DNA of 6,518 bases, from positions 1 to 6,518 of the forward strand of contig JAUSKK010000053.1 in NCBI GenBank assembly GCA_030649345.1, given 5' to 3'. Shown piece after piece: positions 5,253 to 6,518 of the stretch. The DNA comes from Candidatus Iainarchaeum sp. (GTDB taxonomy: Archaea; Iainarchaeota; Iainarchaeia; Iainarchaeales; 0-14-0-20-34-12). Every line of letters starts with the position of its first letter. Position 1 is the stretch's first letter. Both the position numbers and the translations under genes were made by a program. The notes beneath the pieces were generated by a model. The model saw only the letters and a list, made by a program, of their open reading frames with translations, was not told where the DNA came from and did no database searches.

Positions 5253-6137
5253 TTAATTCTTTTTATTTCGCTGCTGTAAAAGAACTCCTGCAATAATCAA
5301 AATCAAACCCAGCACAGTTGATAAAAGAATTTCTTCTCCAGGCACCATAAAGTGAATTACAATCAATGAAAGAAACGGAGAAAGATAAACTAAATTAGTA
5401 ACTTGCGCAGTTGTTTTCGATAACTGCAAGGCTGTTAACCATACTGCAAATGTAAAACTCATTTCAAAAAGTCCAACATATACACTTCCCAATAATCCAC
5501 TTACATTCGGCCAAGTAATTGGAGCTATGAGTAGTGAAACCAGTGCAATGAACATAAATCCAAACAAGCCATTCAAGAAAAGTTTTACAACTGGATCGCG
5601 TTTATCTTTTACATTGTAAATCCAAAATAAAGCCCAAATTAAAGAACTTCCCAATGCAAGTACTGCGCCATAGAGGTTGGTGAATTGTAATCCGAAAATA
5701 TTTCCATGCGTTGCAATAACAATGGTTCCCAAAAAACTTATGATTATTGCCAAAATACTTGTAAGACTAATTTTTTGTTTTAATAAAGGAATCGAAAGTA
5801 TAGCCAGCATAATGGCCCAAGTATAATTTAATGACTGTGCTTCTTGCGCTGGCAATACTGCATAGGCTTGAAATAAAACAAAATAATACAAAAATGGATT
5901 CAGAAATCCCAGTAAAGCTGAATTCAAATACTCTTTTTTAGAATACGTAAACAAAATATTTAATTTTTTTTGAAACACTACAATTGCAAACAATACAATG
6001 GCTGATGTTCCGGAGGCAAAAAATAACAACTGAATAAAATTTAAATGCTGAAGCGACAGTTTGAATGCCGAAGCAACAGTAGACCAAGCAAGAATGGCTA
6101 AAAAAGTATATGCATAGGCTTTGGTCTGTGAATCCAT
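5253..6137 (-). CDS. EamA/RhaT-type permease of the drug/metabolite transporter (DMT) superfamily, ~294 aa, ~10 TM
   Basis: ORF 5253-6254 in the track. From MDSQTKAYAYTFLAILAWSTVASAFK onward it is a typical double-EamA hydrophobic protein. I place the start at ATG 6137-6135 (M40 of the track ORF). The upstream 39 codons are hydrophilic, GC-richer and overlap a structured, tRNA-Leu-like element. Confidence 0.85.
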   Translation of the reverse strand: MDSQTKAYAYTFLAILAWSTVASAFKLSLQHLNFIQLLFFASGTSAIVLFAIVVFQKKLNILFTYSKKEYLNSALLGFLNPFLYYFVLFQAYAVLPAQEAQSLNYTWAIMLAILSIPLLKQKISLTSILAIIISFLGTIVIATHGNIFGLQFTNLYGAVLALGSSLIWALFWIYNVKDKRDPVVKLFLNGLFGFMFIALVSLLIAPITWPNVSGLLGSVYVGLFEMSFTFAVWLTALQLSKTTAQVTNLVYLSPFLSLIVIHFMVPGEEILLSTVLGLILIIAGVLLQQRNKKN

Positions 6138-6168
6138 TAATTCAGCTCTTTTGTTCAATAACTTGGTT

Positions 6169-6254
6169 TGCACGGAGAAGAACCCAGAAATCCAAACCAC
6201 TCCGTGGTTTCGATGCATCCGGGGTTGAGGATCTTCACTTCGTTCGATCCTCAT
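6169..6254 (-). other. structured spacer the size of tRNA-Leu that shares both tRNA-Leu termini; possible decayed tRNA-Leu copy or att-like duplication
   Basis: tttgcacggagaag at 6167-6180 repeats 6270-6283, the tRNA-Leu 3' end. ttcgatcc at 6243-6250 repeats 6344-6351, near the tRNA-Leu 5' end. The spacing is almost identical (about 81 vs 79 nt). No cloverleaf can be drawn. Local hairpins are GAGGAUC/GAUCCUC and AAACCAC-GGA-GUGGUUU. Confidence 0.3.
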
Positions 6255-6271
6255 GATTATTATTAACTTTT

Positions 6272-6354
6272 TGCACGGAGAAGGACTCGAACCTTCGGAC
6301 CCACTAAGGGACAGGCTTCTGAAGCCTGCGAAATTGCCGCTATTCGATCCGTGC
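6272..6354 (-). tRNA. tRNA-Leu (anticodon CAG), class II with long variable arm, no encoded CCA, no intron
   Basis: Hand fold, 83 nt. Acceptor GCACGGA/UCCGUGC with A73. D-arm GAA(U)-AGCGGCAA-(U)UUC, then G26. Anticodon arm CAGGC-UUCAGAA-GCCUG. 15-nt variable arm UCCCUUAGUGGGUCC. T-arm GAAGG-UUCGAGU-CCUUC. The 27-nt A/T-rich spacer upstream (6355-6381) contains AATATTTATTTTTT on the minus strand, which could act as terminator and/or promoter. Confidence 0.9.
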
Positions 6355-6381
6355 GTTTTGCTTTTGAAAAAATAAATATTG

Positions 6382-6518
6382 TGACCCCGCTGGGATTCGA
6401 ACCCAGATCACAAGCTAATTGCATTCTTTCTTGCGAAGTATTTACCTTCGGCTTTTGCGTAAGCAAAAAGTTTTGCCGTGAGGCACTTTTTGCTCACGTT
6501 TTCCGTAAACGATTTTTT
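6382..6518 (-). tRNA. partial intron-containing tRNA of undetermined identity: 3' exon 6382-6417, intron from 6418 running off the window (more than 100 nt)
   Basis: Minus strand reads ...U-AGCUU-GUGAU-CUGGG-UUCGAAU-CCCAG-CGGGGUC-A. That gives a 3' anticodon-stem strand, a 5-nt variable loop, a canonical T-arm, a 3' acceptor strand and discriminator A. No D-arm or matching 5' anticodon-stem strand (AAGCU) occurs in the 101 nt upstream, so the interruption is long and the 5' exon lies outside the window. Confidence 0.65.

Noticed and set aside
6138-6254. N-terminal 39-aa extension of the DMT permease (track ORF start at 6254)
   Set aside because: The extension is hydrophilic, GC-richer and coincides with the tRNA-Leu-like structured element. 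EamA proteins normally begin just before TM1, which fits ATG 6137.
6263-6466. Minus-strand 67-aa ORF
   Set aside because: It is completely occupied by tRNA-Leu, the A/T spacer and the 3' exon and intron of the neighbouring tRNA.

Overview
AT-rich window whose signals point to a small-genome, possibly DPANN-like, archaeon. Evidence: TTTAAAAA-type TATA boxes about 25-32 nt upstream of start codons (leaderless mRNAs), tRNA genes without encoded CCA, an interrupted anticodon loop at 37/38, and a eukaryote/archaeal-type HisRS. Minus strand, right to left: the 3' exon of an intron-containing tRNA that runs off the window (6382-6518); tRNA-Leu(CAG) (6272-6354); a structured spacer repeating both ends of tRNA-Leu; an EamA/DMT permease (5253-6137). 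Plus strand: a 78-aa two-TM protein (2712-2948) and a 728-aa N-terminally anchored surface protein with 7 beta-sandwich-like repeats and many N-glycosylation sequons (3022-5208). Minus strand again: a candidate ~110-120 nt structured leader RNA (2344-2452); tRNA-His(GUG) with encoded G-1 and a ~130-nt hairpin-dense intron (2130-2331); a 346-aa basic orphan protein (971-2011); then, 1 nt after its stop codon, hisS (1-969, partial, absent from the ORF track because it has no stop in the window). The most unusual content is RNA: two tRNA genes with very long structured introns that share a hairpin module, a folded leader in front of tRNA-His, and cognate tRNA-His/hisS linkage through an uncharacterised gene. 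No CRISPR array, transposase or recognisable defence gene is visible. All calls come from hand translation and hand folding; no searches were run.
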